A stretch of 64,000 bases of DNA, taken from IMG/VR virus record IMGVR_UViG_3300046170_000411, positions 989 to 64,988 of that record; one strand, 5' to 3'. The number at the start of each line of letters is the position of its first letter. The stretch's first letter is position 1. Positions 11,221 through 22,389 of the stretch are shown in pieces. A program made the position numbers and the translations under genes. The notes below the pieces were generated by a model that saw only the letters and a program-made list of their open reading frames with translations, did not search any database and was not told the origin of the DNA. Source of the stretch: a virus. Taxonomy: Duplodnaviria; Caudoviricetes.

Positions 11221-14200
11221 TTAAGTTTGACTGATATAATATTCTGTTGTTACTGCAAATAATTCTCGTTTGTCAGTGTCTGGGTTTTTAAGCCTTACTT
11301 TGGCAAAGAATCCTTTTACCCCAGCTACATCCTGTGTATTATTACTGTCTTGTATTAAAGGATAAAAACCGTCTGCATTAGGACTAGACCCAGGTTCTAC
11401 AATAAAAACAGGTACCGTACCTACAATTGCAGCATGGTATTTACCTTCTTTAAAAAACCATAAGTCATCCATTAACCTAGCGTCTGTTACAACATTTTCT
11501 TCTTGGTCAGCTAATATATTAACAATTTCCCAATCTTGGCTTCCTTCATAGTTAATTGATAAAAAGTCTGAAATATATGTAGGATTATCGTTGAATATAA
11601 TTTCTACCTCAGAATTATATTGTACTCCATAAAAGTTATTTCTATCGGCAGTATCAGAATTGTGTAAATAAATTTTACCATTTTTAAAAGTATAAAATTT
11701 ATTATTTACAGTTACACCGGATTCTGGTATAAATGAGTATCGGCTAGTCCAGCTTTGGCCTTTTAAACTATAGCCTAAAGTTAGGTTCCCATCCTCTGAA
11801 GGAATTGTTTCAGAGCCAATAGAGGCACTATTAAAGTCATATCCTTGCAATGATACTACATAAAGCTTTTTAGCTCCATCATAAGCACCTATAAGCTTTG
11901 TAGCCGTACCAATTCTATCTCTAAAAAAGTTTGACATTCCAATAGAGCTAATAGGAAATAACTGGCCGTTAGCAGGCGTTAGCTGCATAGCTACTCCTCG
12001 TTTTGCATCTGTAAAATATATATTATTACCAAATGTAGCAAAAGACTCAGGGTGTATACTTATACCATACTCTCCTTGGAATGACATCGCTTGCCCTAAG
12101 ACTAAATTAGTAGCTGTAACATTAACACCTTCATCTGCATTAAATAATGCATCTTTGTCTGCTAATATTTTAAACACTTTGTCTTCACAAAAAGCTAATA
12201 AATTAGTATCAAGAGCATGTAACTTTTGTATACTTCCGTAATTAGGTTCTAGCTCTTTAGTAATACCATCGGCTAAATTAAATTTATTTAATTCATTAAT
12301 TCCTGTTCTAGAATTATATAAACCAGAAAATATTAATCCATATTTACGATGTTCTTCTGAATAATTAGCTTCTGGCGTATTAACTCTGATACCTTTCACT
12401 AAAGACGTAGAGTTAAATTTATCTTGTATATTAACAGATTCTAAATATATTTTATTATTAGAGCCGCCAACAGTAGCAATGCAATTAGACCAATCAAGTA
12501 TGTTAGTTAACCCATGGTCCGCTAAAGGAAATACACTTGAAGTTTCCCAATACAGATTAAGATTAGAATCGTCCCCTTGCTCTGTTTCAAAATCAAAAAA
12601 CTTTAATGTTTCAAGCTCTCCTTCTTCATCTAACTCTGTTTGCCCCGTGGGCAAATTTGGAAATGATGTAATACTTGTTTTCCTTGGGACTTTAACGAAA
12701 AAAGAACCTTTTAATTTTTTTTGCCCCGCTTCAGATAGCCCTAGTTTAAAAAACTTTATATCTACATCTGTTTGAAAATTCCAACCACCAGCTGGTGCAA
12801 CATCAATACCTTTTGTAAAAATTACTTCATCGTTGTCATTAATTTGATTAGATAAAGTGATTTTAAAAATGTTTCGTTGTTCAACGTCACCACCTGTACC
12901 AAATTCCATTTCATCAATAAGAATTTTTTTACTTTCTATACCGTCTACTTGAACAAATTGTAAAGCTAATCTTTCATTAAAACCTGTAAAATCAATAGTC
13001 TGCAAAGAGGTATATGGGCTTTCTTTAGAATCAAAAGTTGTTGAACCACTTTGAGATGTTATATATTGATTAAGTTGTGTTATTATATACTGAGTGTCCC
13101 ATGTAACTCCTAAAGAATCTTTTATATAAAATACCTGGTTGTTAGCAGTATTGGGATTAACAGGGGTAAGTGCATTACTTAAATCAGTATAACTAGTAAT
13201 TATTTGTGCTTTATCATCTCTTATTGTAAACTTTTTAATTGCAGTTCTTTCTATAACTTGAGCCTTAACAATATCAGGAGCTTCGTTTTCAATATCTAGT
13301 ACTGGTATTCTTGAAAGCTCTGTTATAACATTTCCTGCCGATGCGGCAAACCCATCTCTTTTAGGTATTAAAAAAGAGTCTTCTGTTATTTTGTTTCTAT
13401 CTTTAGAATCAAATTGCAAATAAATATTAGCAGCCTCAGTATCTCCAGGATCGCCATCTAAATAACTATTAAAAGCTGTCATATTATAAAAATCTGTAGA
13501 AACGTCTTTTATATAATATTTATAACTTGAAGCCCAAGACGGAGCATTACTGTTTATTTTAGCTGTTAATTTTACTCTAGAATCGTAGGTAAAATCTGTT
13601 TTAATTAAAGAAGAATTGTCAGAGTTATTACCCACTTTTTGAGATAGTAATCCTCCTTGTCTTCCGTATTTGTCCATATAAACAACTCCTACGTCGTAAG
13701 TTCTGTTTGTTTTTACAGAAGGCCCAGACGTTGGGTCAATAACACCTATAGTATCAACTTTTATTTTTAAACCATCACCACCTAAATCATTTTTGCCTTG
13801 ATTAAATTTAGTAACATAGTTACCGTATATTAATCTATTAGCTGTGAACTCTTGTGATTTAGCCTTTAAAGGAACAGCATCAAATTGTCTAGTTAATTCA
13901 GAATCAGGTAAAGCTATACCAAAAGATCTTTTAGATATTATAATACCATTTAAAAATCCGTTGCCTCTATCAGCTGGGTCAATTTCTATAGTTTTTAATA
14001 TATATACTGTAGAGGATATTGATTCTGTGTATAATATGTCCACAGCAATAACATCTTCTCTACCTTTTGGTATATTATTGAGCACAATGTTTTCTACATC
14101 ATTAACCATAAATACGTTAAAACCTTTTTCGTATCTATCGTTTATTGATTCTATAGGCTTAGAAATAAACTGTACCTCCGTAAACGGGGCGTAAGGCGAA

Positions 14201-14277
14201 TATTCGCCATCATCATATTTCCACCTATAGCTTATATAAGGAAATATTTTTTCAAAAGGTTTTACTTTTTCTGCCAT
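11221..14277 (-). CDS. Tail stabilisation/nozzle protein, C-terminal part
   Basis: FPYISYRWKYDDGEYS, NRLIYGNY, YDVGVVYMDKYGRQ, SGLYNSRTGINELN, YGSIQKL, YGISIHPESF, YFTDAKRG, WTSRYSFIPE motifs of the P22 gp10-like stabiliser family. Confidence 0.75.
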   Translation of the reverse strand: MAEKVKPFEKIFPYISYRWKYDDGEYSPYAPFTEVQFISKPIESINDRYEKGFNVFMVNDVENIVLNNIPKGREDVIAVDILYTESISSTVYILKTIEIDPADRGNGFLNGIIISKRSFGIALPDSELTRQFDAVPLKAKSQEFTANRLIYGNYVTKFNQGKNDLGGDGLKIKVDTIGVIDPTSGPSVKTNRTYDVGVVYMDKYGRQGGLLSQKVGNNSDNSSLIKTDFTYDSRVKLTAKINSNAPSWASSYKYYIKDVSTDFYNMTAFNSYLDGDPGDTEAANIYLQFDSKDRNKITEDSFLIPKRDGFAASAGNVITELSRIPVLDIENEAPDIVKAQVIERTAIKKFTIRDDKAQIITSYTDLSNALTPVNPNTANNQVFYIKDSLGVTWDTQYIITQLNQYITSQSGSTTFDSKESPYTSLQTIDFTGFNERLALQFVQVDGIESKKILIDEMEFGTGGDVEQRNIFKITLSNQINDNDEVIFTKGIDVAPAGGWNFQTDVDIKFFKLGLSEAGQKKLKGSFFVKVPRKTSITSFPNLPTGQTELDEEGELETLKFFDFETEQGDDSNLNLYWETSSVFPLADHGLTNILDWSNCIATVGGSNNKIYLESVNIQDKFNSTSLVKGIRVNTPEANYSEEHRKYGLIFSGLYNSRTGINELNKFNLADGITKELEPNYGSIQKLHALDTNLLAFCEDKVFKILADKDALFNADEGVNVTATNLVLGQAMSFQGEYGISIHPESFATFGNNIYFTDAKRGVAMQLTPANGQLFPISSIGMSNFFRDRIGTATKLIGAYDGAKKLYVVSLQGYDFNSASIGSETIPSEDGNLTLGYSLKGQSWTSRYSFIPESGVTVNNKFYTFKNGKIYLHNSDTADRNNFYGVQYNSEVEIIFNDNPTYISDFLSINYEGSQDWEIVNILADQEENVVTDARLMDDLWFFKEGKYHAAIVGTVPVFIVEPGSSPNADGFYPLIQDSNNTQDVAGVKGFFAKVRLKNPDTDKRELFAVTTEYYISQT

Positions 14278-14287
14278 TTATTGTTTT

Positions 14288-17200
14288 TTACGCTTGTCTC
14301 CATATTAAGTTAACACGTGTGGTGTGACCACGAATAGCATCGGTATATATTGCGTCTCCGACTTCGAGCGGCTCACCCTCGGGCGTTACCACACTAATGA
14401 TCAAATAGGTTTTTTGAGACGGAGGATTATTTTTAGGCGTATACACTCTTAATGTATTGCCATTTCTTATAATTGGGGCTGGCCAAGTGTCTGACGCTGG
14501 GATTGAACCGGCAATTCTATTATCATGAAGGCTAAAGGTCCCCACAAATTCCCATTCTTTACCAATAGAAGTTTTAACATCTATATCAACGTATTCATAC
14601 CATTTTCCTGCTTCAGGATTAGAAGAGTTGGTAATTAAGTCATAACCAAGCCCTGTTTCCCTAAAAGAATAAACATTATTATTACGATATTCTATTTGTT
14701 TTATATTTACTAAGTCTAAAGCAATACGCCCAGAGCTGGAATATTCTGTTGGGTTTACTGTTCTAAGAGCACCAGCAAATGAAATTCCAAAAAAGTTGTC
14801 AACTGTTTCATAAAAAGCTACAACATAATATTTTTTATTTGCGTTGTCTGTTGGAAAATCTATATTAAAAGGTAAATTCGCATTCCACAATGTAAAAACC
14901 TCACGCCCAGAACTTCTCATATACGGCTCCCCACTTATAGTTACGTTATATTTTGTTGTGCCTACACTTGGGGAATCATATTCTTCCATAAACTCCGCGG
15001 CACTAGACGGCTCTTGCAAAGACTGATTTTCTAAAAAATAAAAGCCGTGATTAATTATTTCTGGTTTAGTACCTCCAGACCAGGCTGCCCCTCCGGAAAC
15101 CGTAAGGGAGATGGGTCCTGAGTACACAGCATCGCCTATTGCCAGAGTAAATCTTTTAGTGTAATTTGTTGGTAATAATAAAGTGTTGGGTGTATTATCT
15201 ATAGAAATATATGGCGATATAAATGTTTGTATATTACCGTTTGTATTAGTTTTAACAAACGTAGAAGCGTAATATTCTACTGTTGTAATTCCAGTTACAT
15301 TTGCAGTAAAATTAATTTCTTCATTTTTACCGTTTTCTTTAGTATTTGTTAAATCTAATTTCTTTTCAATTCTATTTGTTGCGCTTGCCATAGTAGCAGC
15401 ATTACCTGATTGATCTGAAAATGGATTTGGAAATTCAGAGGCGGGCTTTAAATAAACACCTATTTCTGTAATAGAATAATTTAAAGAGGGTTTTTCAGCT
15501 TTACATTTTACAGAAACACTTGTTTTTGTTAATGTAGATTCTATGTTATCATCTATTATAGTAAGTATTGGATCTACATCTACCGCGCTTAAATTGGCAG
15601 GTGTATCAACTCTTTTTGGCGTTGCCCACTTAGTTCCATTTAGTAAATTAATAAAAGGCTCACCTCCGTCTACCACTTTAGAATTAGCAGTTGTTGATAA
15701 CGTCTGTTCTGGTTTTGCAAATACGGCTACATAATATGTAGTTTCAGCTGTCTTTCCAGTACAAGGTATTGTAATATCTAAAAAATCATTGGTATTTTGA
15801 TCTATATGCGCATTTATTGTTGAAACAGATTCTGTAGCCAAATGTTTAGTAGCTCCTGCTGCCCAAGCGTCTAAATCAGTACTTCTACCGTCTGGTAAAA
15901 TGTTTATAGAAGGTGGGGGCGTTGTAGAAACATAAGCCCCAACCTCAACAATTCTTTTTCCGGTATTACTTATTTCGCAAACAATAGTAAAATTATCGTC
16001 TTCTTTAACAGTAATAAATTCATTATTGCTGTTTGAATTTACTATTTTTGGGCCACCCACTAATGGTTTAATTAATTTAGGCTTAGTATCTGGGTTAACA
16101 TTATCGTTTCTTAGATCGCCGAAAGGCTGGGAATAATAAGTAACTTCATTTTCTCCAATAATATAAGCCACCATTCTAAAGTTAGAAGATGAAATTTTAA
16201 TCCCTTCTTCTATAAGATTGTAATATTCTTCTGTAGTTATAGCGGGTACAATTATAGGGTTTGTGGTTGTATACCTTCCTATATCAGGGTCACCTACGTT
16301 AGCGGTAAAAGTAAAATCTGATTTTGGTATAGTTAAAGTAAATGAATTATTAGGATTAACTATTGAAGGAATATCTACCCATACTCCATTTTCTGATTTT
16401 TCAATTTCAGCTTTTGTTATTGGCTTTGAAATTATTATGCCCGCGTCTACTATATTGGTATTATTTTTATTAGGTTTACCAATTATATCAAATTCTGCAG
16501 TTACTTCAATATTTTCTGTACCCGATGTAGACAAATTATATGTTGAAGGAAAATTCCATTCAGCTTTAAATACATTAAATAAAGGCTCTTCTGTATATTC
16601 GGGTTTTTTAAATTTTTCTAAATTTCCGCATGATTCTGTTCCGCCAGAAATATTATAAGCAATAAAATTTAATTCTTCGCCTTCTTTAATAGTTAAATAT
16701 GAAGCTGTATTTAAGCTGAATATTCCACCTTTGTCATAATCATCAGTAACGCTAACCTTAAATGTTTTACCATCAGTAGATACACCATTTGTAAAAGACT
16801 TTGTAATTATATCTTCTTTTATGGATTCATTGCTACTAAAATAAAAACCTAATTCAGTTATTTCAGCATACCCAAGTGGGTTTAAATAATTATTGCCATT
16901 TGAATAGCCTCTTAAAATGGCCGAAGTGTTAGTATGCTCTGTTACATTTAAAGTATTTACAGGAGCTGTTGGTTTAGTTCTATTTTGTACTTTACTTGTT
17001 ACCGTGTCTGAAAGTGATAAGTTATTACCATATACAGTGCCATTTTTATTTGTTGCAAAAGGAACATAGTAATAAATTAAATTTGGTACCGCTTCAAAAC
17101 TAGAAATTAACTTTCCTGTTCCTTGGTCAAATGTTGATGAAATAAAATTTCCTTCATCTAATAAATCTTGCACAGTAGGGGCAGCTTCATTGTCATTAAT

Positions 17201-18064
17201 TCTGCCTTCAGAAATATATAACCCAGAGTTTACTATTTTGCTGTCTCCATCATTATTTAAAATAGAATCAATTTTTATTTTGTTATCAACTATTATTGGG
17301 TCAGAAGATGTTAAATCTGAAGGAGCAGTACCCGCCACAGCATTATTTAATATTTTAGATTTTGCAATATTGCTATAAAATCTTTTTGAATTACCTTTTT
17401 TCTTACCAAAAGAAACAACAAAAATTTCGCCAGTAGACAAAGTTGCATTATAGTTTCCTCCAGAAGAATTAGTAGATTGTATACTTTCTTGTATGATAGC
17501 TATGCCGCCGCCTAATTCTATATTTTTACTTGTAATTTCTACTGAAGAAGATCCAATACCATTTATAAGTCCTTCTATGGTATCTTCTGTAGCGGACCAA
17601 ATAAATCCGCCTTCTACAAGTTGCCCTTCGTTTAATAATAATCTTCCTGTAAAAGACGTGTTTGAAGTACTATGTGCATCAATACTAATATCCGCATGGC
17701 CCTCGCTCGGGTTTGTTATTTTATTTCCATTTTTATCTATACCGTCAGTTTTACTTTTACTAACACTATCGGTAGTTAAATCGTTAGCCCCAGTTCCAAA
17801 TGCTTCATCAAACTTTTGAGTAGTCATTGAAGTAATGGGATGGTCTTTAACAACCGTTATATCGCCTTCCCTTATTTGTCTACCGTAAATATGTGTAGTT
17901 CCTGAAGAATGATCTACCTCAACCCCCTCAAAGTTGCCTTTAAATTTTTCAATATTAATTTTTTTAGGCTCGTTTTCGTTGTCGGTAAAAAATAGCATAC
18001 CATCAATTACATTAATTCCTGTAATTAATCTGTTTGAACTAAAATTTAGTATATTACTTGGCAT
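14288..18064 (-). CDS. Tail nozzle middle segment fused to a long array of beta-sandwich (Ig/FN3-like) domains
   Basis: N-terminal LNFS..LITGINVIDGMLFFTDNENEPKKINI, then repeated (E/D)xGFY/GxY...YY...FA units. Confidence 0.6.
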   Translation of the reverse strand: MPSNILNFSSNRLITGINVIDGMLFFTDNENEPKKINIEKFKGNFEGVEVDHSSGTTHIYGRQIREGDITVVKDHPITSMTTQKFDEAFGTGANDLTTDSVSKSKTDGIDKNGNKITNPSEGHADISIDAHSTSNTSFTGRLLLNEGQLVEGGFIWSATEDTIEGLINGIGSSSVEITSKNIELGGGIAIIQESIQSTNSSGGNYNATLSTGEIFVVSFGKKKGNSKRFYSNIAKSKILNNAVAGTAPSDLTSSDPIIVDNKIKIDSILNNDGDSKIVNSGLYISEGRINDNEAAPTVQDLLDEGNFISSTFDQGTGKLISSFEAVPNLIYYYVPFATNKNGTVYGNNLSLSDTVTSKVQNRTKPTAPVNTLNVTEHTNTSAILRGYSNGNNYLNPLGYAEITELGFYFSSNESIKEDIITKSFTNGVSTDGKTFKVSVTDDYDKGGIFSLNTASYLTIKEGEELNFIAYNISGGTESCGNLEKFKKPEYTEEPLFNVFKAEWNFPSTYNLSTSGTENIEVTAEFDIIGKPNKNNTNIVDAGIIISKPITKAEIEKSENGVWVDIPSIVNPNNSFTLTIPKSDFTFTANVGDPDIGRYTTTNPIIVPAITTEEYYNLIEEGIKISSSNFRMVAYIIGENEVTYYSQPFGDLRNDNVNPDTKPKLIKPLVGGPKIVNSNSNNEFITVKEDDNFTIVCEISNTGKRIVEVGAYVSTTPPPSINILPDGRSTDLDAWAAGATKHLATESVSTINAHIDQNTNDFLDITIPCTGKTAETTYYVAVFAKPEQTLSTTANSKVVDGGEPFINLLNGTKWATPKRVDTPANLSAVDVDPILTIIDDNIESTLTKTSVSVKCKAEKPSLNYSITEIGVYLKPASEFPNPFSDQSGNAATMASATNRIEKKLDLTNTKENGKNEEINFTANVTGITTVEYYASTFVKTNTNGNIQTFISPYISIDNTPNTLLLPTNYTKRFTLAIGDAVYSGPISLTVSGGAAWSGGTKPEIINHGFYFLENQSLQEPSSAAEFMEEYDSPSVGTTKYNVTISGEPYMRSSGREVFTLWNANLPFNIDFPTDNANKKYYVVAFYETVDNFFGISFAGALRTVNPTEYSSSGRIALDLVNIKQIEYRNNNVYSFRETGLGYDLITNSSNPEAGKWYEYVDIDVKTSIGKEWEFVGTFSLHDNRIAGSIPASDTWPAPIIRNGNTLRVYTPKNNPPSQKTYLIISVVTPEGEPLEVGDAIYTDAIRGHTTRVNLIWRQA

Positions 18065-18073
18065 ATTTTTTTA

Positions 18074-20674
18074 TTAATCATTTAACGTTAGCCTAACTGG
18101 CGCAAAATTAGACGTTGTTGTAACATCATTATTATAATTGTTGTCTATAAGTATATTACACCATATTTGGCTTGGGTATGTAGGATCATTTGTTGGATAT
18201 ATAGTTATACCCCCATTGCTTAATGAACTTGCGAAAGTACCAGTTTGGCTATAAGGCTCACTGTAATCTACTGAACTTGGGGCTAGTCCACTGTAAGTAA
18301 ATTTTACAGTTTTACTACCCGTAGGCCCAGTATGAACATACGCAGTTCCATCATCTATTACGCTTGTTGATCCTGTATAAGAGGATGAAGAAGCTACAGC
18401 TAGTTTATTACTCCAAGTCATTGTGGCGGCTGTAGGTGACGCATTAAAGTCTATTGACCCACTAACTGCACTACTTTGCCCTGTAATATTAAAGACGTAT
18501 TGAATAGAGCTATAAATACCGTAATCAGTTACTGTTTCGCTCACTAAAGTAACCCAACTAGGAAGGTTTGTTGCGCTAGAAGCATTTGCATCCGTAAGCT
18601 TATATCCATCATCGGGTTGAACATTAACAGAAATTTGCTGTGTTGAGCCCGGAGCAATACTCCAAGTATAGCTAGTTAGAAGCGACGCTCCAACGCCGGC
18701 TACAAAATTGCTTCCAACACTATTAAATGTTAAAGTGTGATTATTTGCCGCTGTAGCACCTGCTAAACTAATAGCTACTGGGGCGTTGGAATATGTAATA
18801 CTTTTCCTTTGATCTGCAGGAATAGCTATACTGAAACTTGCTGTTAAACTACCACCCGCACTAGTGGGAATACCTGAATAACTTACAGTTATTAGATTAC
18901 CGCCATATGTTGCATTTTTAGTAGTAGAGTTAACACTGGAAATATATTTACCACTATCTGTTACTGTAATTGTATCAGAAGCAGTTTTAGTGCCAGTACC
19001 AGTAAAACTTATTGAGCTATCCGATGTTGGACTAATAGCTGCCGAAGGATTTGTAGAAGCTGTCCATAAACCAGCAGACCAAGTAGTAACTACCTGCGTA
19101 GGAGTCGCGGCTATATTATAAGTTACACTATCATCATTGGTAGGTGTATTAGATATAGCTATATCTACTTGTATATACGTATGATTATCTCCATTTGTAT
19201 TTTGTGAAATGCTAGCGCTAGCCCATGCGGGTAGCCCTGTTACAGAAACAGAAGAAGCATCAGCAAATTCGTAGCCTGCATCGGGAAATATATAAAATGT
19301 TTCTGTTGCTGAATATCCAGCTGTTTGTGTTGTCGCAAGCCCTGTATAAGCATTTCCAGTAGAAAGAGCTGTTTGTTTTAATGTTGAATTACCTATAGAT
19401 GCCGATGGGGTCAATGAGTAGTTGTATGTTTGGGCTGTACCGGCCGCTTGCTCAATTGTATCAAAAGCTTGTAGGTTAGAAGGTAAAAATACTGTTGACC
19501 CTACTGTTGCAACATCTACTCTTGGAAAACGCAATGGATCTCCTGTACCCTGCGCACTTATTGTTATATTATGTGTAGCTGTTCCTGATCCATCTATTGT
19601 ATGGGTTCCAGCTGGTGCTGTTGCTCCAACAGACCCGGTCAAAGTGTACGTAGCACCTGAAGTTCCAGATACTGAAAAGTTTTCAATTCCTCCTGTATTT
19701 ACAACATTAGAATTAACAAATCCTAAGCTTGTTATTGAAAAAGCTGTATTTGTAGTTGTAAAGCTTTTAACTTCGCCGTCTGTTGTTCCAATAGAATTAG
19801 TAGCAAAAGCTGCGTAACTAATTTGTTTATCAGCAACAAGTCCCGTTATGTCAGCTGTAAAATTATTTTTTATTGAAGAGCTAGAAACAGTATTATTAGT
19901 TATACCAGCTCCACCCGTTTTTAATTCTGATAATGTTAAAGCACTGCCGTCTGTTTTATATCCATAGTAAAACCCCTGCACGGTAACGTTAACACTATTA
20001 TTAGTTAAAGAGCCAGCAATAGTAGCAGTTGTATTTGCTACGGTTTTTATATCTTCTGTAATAACCTCAGGCGCGGTTATAGTAGGTTGAGAGGCCGTAA
20101 CACTTCCTGTTATAGAATCATTGCTATTTTTGTATGCATTTGGCACTTCAATATTTATAGATACATCTTTATTAATTGAAGACCCTGTTGTATTTGGAGC
20201 AAATTTTGTTGTTATTGCTTTTGGGTTTCCAATTTTAGAGTTTACAAATATTGTTCCATCTTGTGCTATTGAAGCGCTAGGTGATGCTGTAGAAAAATTT
20301 AATTCTGTATTATTAGCAACTGATAAATTTGAGCTATCTATTACTATAGTACTTATAGAATTATTAATTATATCATATTCGAATATTCCGTCAGCAACGT
20401 CGCCAGTAACAAAATAATATATTTTTTCTTCCTCCGGGTGAGCGTAAGAGCCCACAACCTTAGCATTAGGATTTGAAGCGGCAGATAAGCCGTATATGTT
20501 TTGATTAGCTATTAGCTCGTTACCCTTTAAATTTTCAACAGCGCCTACATTGGCGTCTTCAGATGTGTCAACAGATATATTAAGGCCGTCTCTATATTGG
20601 CCTTGTTTTAATAACCTGTCATCTACATCTTTGTCCATTCTCGCGGCTTGGAACGTTCTTTTGCTTTCTGCCAT
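18074..20674 (-). CDS. Tail nozzle N-terminal segment fused to Ser/Thr-rich Ig/FN3-like domains
   Basis: N-terminal MDKDVDDRLLKQGQYRDGLNISVDTSEDANVGAVENLKGN; FN3-like YAAFATNSIGTTDG; PDAGY/PDDGY repeats. Confidence 0.6.
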   Translation of the reverse strand: MAESKRTFQAARMDKDVDDRLLKQGQYRDGLNISVDTSEDANVGAVENLKGNELIANQNIYGLSAASNPNAKVVGSYAHPEEEKIYYFVTGDVADGIFEYDIINNSISTIVIDSSNLSVANNTELNFSTASPSASIAQDGTIFVNSKIGNPKAITTKFAPNTTGSSINKDVSINIEVPNAYKNSNDSITGSVTASQPTITAPEVITEDIKTVANTTATIAGSLTNNSVNVTVQGFYYGYKTDGSALTLSELKTGGAGITNNTVSSSSIKNNFTADITGLVADKQISYAAFATNSIGTTDGEVKSFTTTNTAFSITSLGFVNSNVVNTGGIENFSVSGTSGATYTLTGSVGATAPAGTHTIDGSGTATHNITISAQGTGDPLRFPRVDVATVGSTVFLPSNLQAFDTIEQAAGTAQTYNYSLTPSASIGNSTLKQTALSTGNAYTGLATTQTAGYSATETFYIFPDAGYEFADASSVSVTGLPAWASASISQNTNGDNHTYIQVDIAISNTPTNDDSVTYNIAATPTQVVTTWSAGLWTASTNPSAAISPTSDSSISFTGTGTKTASDTITVTDSGKYISSVNSTTKNATYGGNLITVSYSGIPTSAGGSLTASFSIAIPADQRKSITYSNAPVAISLAGATAANNHTLTFNSVGSNFVAGVGASLLTSYTWSIAPGSTQQISVNVQPDDGYKLTDANASSATNLPSWVTLVSETVTDYGIYSSIQYVFNITGQSSAVSGSIDFNASPTAATMTWSNKLAVASSSSYTGSTSVIDDGTAYVHTGPTGSKTVKFTYSGLAPSSVDYSEPYSQTGTFASSLSNGGITIYPTNDPTYPSQIWCNILIDNNYNNDVTTTSNFAPVRLTLND

Positions 20675-20684
20675 TTAATTTTAT

Positions 20685-21629
20685 TTAATGTTTAATCCAT
20701 TTAGCTTTGCCTCGCAGCACTTGTGCCATTTCTTCGGATTTATAATTTGAAAGTCTTATTTTTGCATTTCTCATTTTAGAGCTAGCTTCTTTTTTATATA
20801 AAGGCGCTAACTGCACTGTTGATGGTCTTAGCTTTGATAAATTATATAACATGTAAGCATATAAAGCATCCTCAGCAAGCTTTGGAACATATACTTTAGA
20901 TAGGTCCCCATTGTCTGCAATGCCATCAGAAATATAGTCTAAAATGATTAGGTTATCAGGTCTTCCGCTAAAAGTACTATCAAAAAATATTACGCCAGCT
21001 TCGTTGTCTATAAAAAATGTACCAGCTCCAGACATATCTTCTGGATTGCTTCCGTATCTTTTATTAAGATAAGGAAAGTCGTCATCATCATAGTTATAAT
21101 TATCTTCTAAAGACCTTGTTCTATTGGCTGGGTTATTAGGGTCTTGAAATCTAGTAATTGCAGTTGATTTAGCAGCAACCTGTATTTCGCCTTCACTATC
21201 ATATAAAAAATCGTGGTCCGCGTCTTGTAAAGGAGCCGTTGGATTATCTACTTTTCTAGATGGCAATAGAATATCTTTTTTACCATCTTCGCCCACTTGC
21301 GAAACCTTAACGTAATTTACGTAATCTTGTGGTAATGGAAATTGTAAAGTAGATCCTAGTTCTATTTCTACACTTTTTTCACTATGCAAAATATCATAAC
21401 TAAACTCTTGCATACCTCTTTGCGCCCAAAAATCTACTTCGTATCTAGGCACTTTAGCTAAAGCTTTATCTTCGCCAATATATGCAACAATAAAGTTATT
21501 TATAATATCTTCTAAACTAGTCCTACTATAATAACCCAAACCTTTAAAGTTAGCAGGAACATTACTCGTGTCTCCTTCAAAGTTTGCGTAGTATTGTCGA
21601 CTAGTATATATTTTTTTTGATTCTGCCAT
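20685..21629 (-). CDS. Tail tubular/ring structural protein
   Basis: LPQDYVNYVKVS, LDYISDG, VPKLAEDALYAY motifs; position after the head-tail adaptor. Confidence 0.6.
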   Translation of the reverse strand: MAESKKIYTSRQYYANFEGDTSNVPANFKGLGYYSRTSLEDIINNFIVAYIGEDKALAKVPRYEVDFWAQRGMQEFSYDILHSEKSVEIELGSTLQFPLPQDYVNYVKVSQVGEDGKKDILLPSRKVDNPTAPLQDADHDFLYDSEGEIQVAAKSTAITRFQDPNNPANRTRSLEDNYNYDDDDFPYLNKRYGSNPEDMSGAGTFFIDNEAGVIFFDSTFSGRPDNLIILDYISDGIADNGDLSKVYVPKLAEDALYAYMLYNLSKLRPSTVQLAPLYKKEASSKMRNAKIRLSNYKSEEMAQVLRGKAKWIKH

Positions 21630-22333
21630 TATCGTTCAGATTGTGTTATTTGCTGTTCTTTTACTGTTGCCGCTTGAGTTATATCTGCTGCTCTAACAAT
21701 TACACCTGCATAAGTTAATATTTTTACAACTAATTCCGGCTCTTCAGACGGATGTAATTCAAAATTTTGATAATCAGGGGCAGTTGGGTTTGCAGCAATT
21801 TGGCCGCTTAAGGTACCCCCAGCCCACTTTACTTCTGCAGGTTTTCTTATATAGTTTATATTAACATCAGTTATACCGGTTGTTGGGTACATAACAACGC
21901 CTCCCTCGTGTCTAACGTATACGGGATTATTCACTGTAGGCTTAGTAAGTGGAGATCTATTTAGATATAATATTTTTTGACTTGAAACCTCGTCGGCGTG
22001 TATAGCATTTGCAGATACAGTTCCTAGCCTAAAAAAGTTAGAAGGGTAAGCGTAGTAGCTTGAGGTTGTATTGCCTGCGGCATTAGAAAATGTTCCAGCA
22101 CTTATTGTTTCTTCGTTTTCAAACAAAGCTATTTTTTCTTCTACATTTTTTCTAATATCTGAATAATCAGAGTTATTAGAAACAACATAGTTTCTTAAAG
22201 AAAAGTAACCTTCAAAAATTTCATTTTGAGCCTGGTTAGCCAGCGAATTAAATTCTCTAGGCACTATATAACCTCTATTTTCTTTATTAAGTATGTTTAA
22301 TACTGTTTTATAAACGTTGTCTATGCTTACCAT
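21629..22333 (-). CDS. Putative head-tail adaptor/ring protein
   Basis: NKENRGYI.P.EFN..A..AQ.EIF and YIRKP..VKW motifs; position downstream of the capsid genes. Confidence 0.55.
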   Translation of the reverse strand: MVSIDNVYKTVLNILNKENRGYIVPREFNSLANQAQNEIFEGYFSLRNYVVSNNSDYSDIRKNVEEKIALFENEETISAGTFSNAAGNTTSSYYAYPSNFFRLGTVSANAIHADEVSSQKILYLNRSPLTKPTVNNPVYVRHEGGVVMYPTTGITDVNINYIRKPAEVKWAGGTLSGQIAANPTAPDYQNFELHPSEEPELVVKILTYAGVIVRAADITQAATVKEQQITQSER

Positions 22334-22354
22334 TATTGTTTTTATTTATTAGAT

Positions 22355-22382
22355 GGTTATAGCTAAACAAATAACTATAACC
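22355..22382. other. Intergenic inverted repeat (possible mRNA hairpin/attenuator)
   Basis: GGTTATAG-N12-CTATAACC; no U tract on the sense strand. Confidence 0.5.
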
Positions 22383-22389
22383 TGGTATT

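Noticed and set aside
14277-18074. Split inteins joining the three nozzle fragments
   Set aside because: No Cys/Ser-start or His-Asn-end intein motifs at the relevant termini
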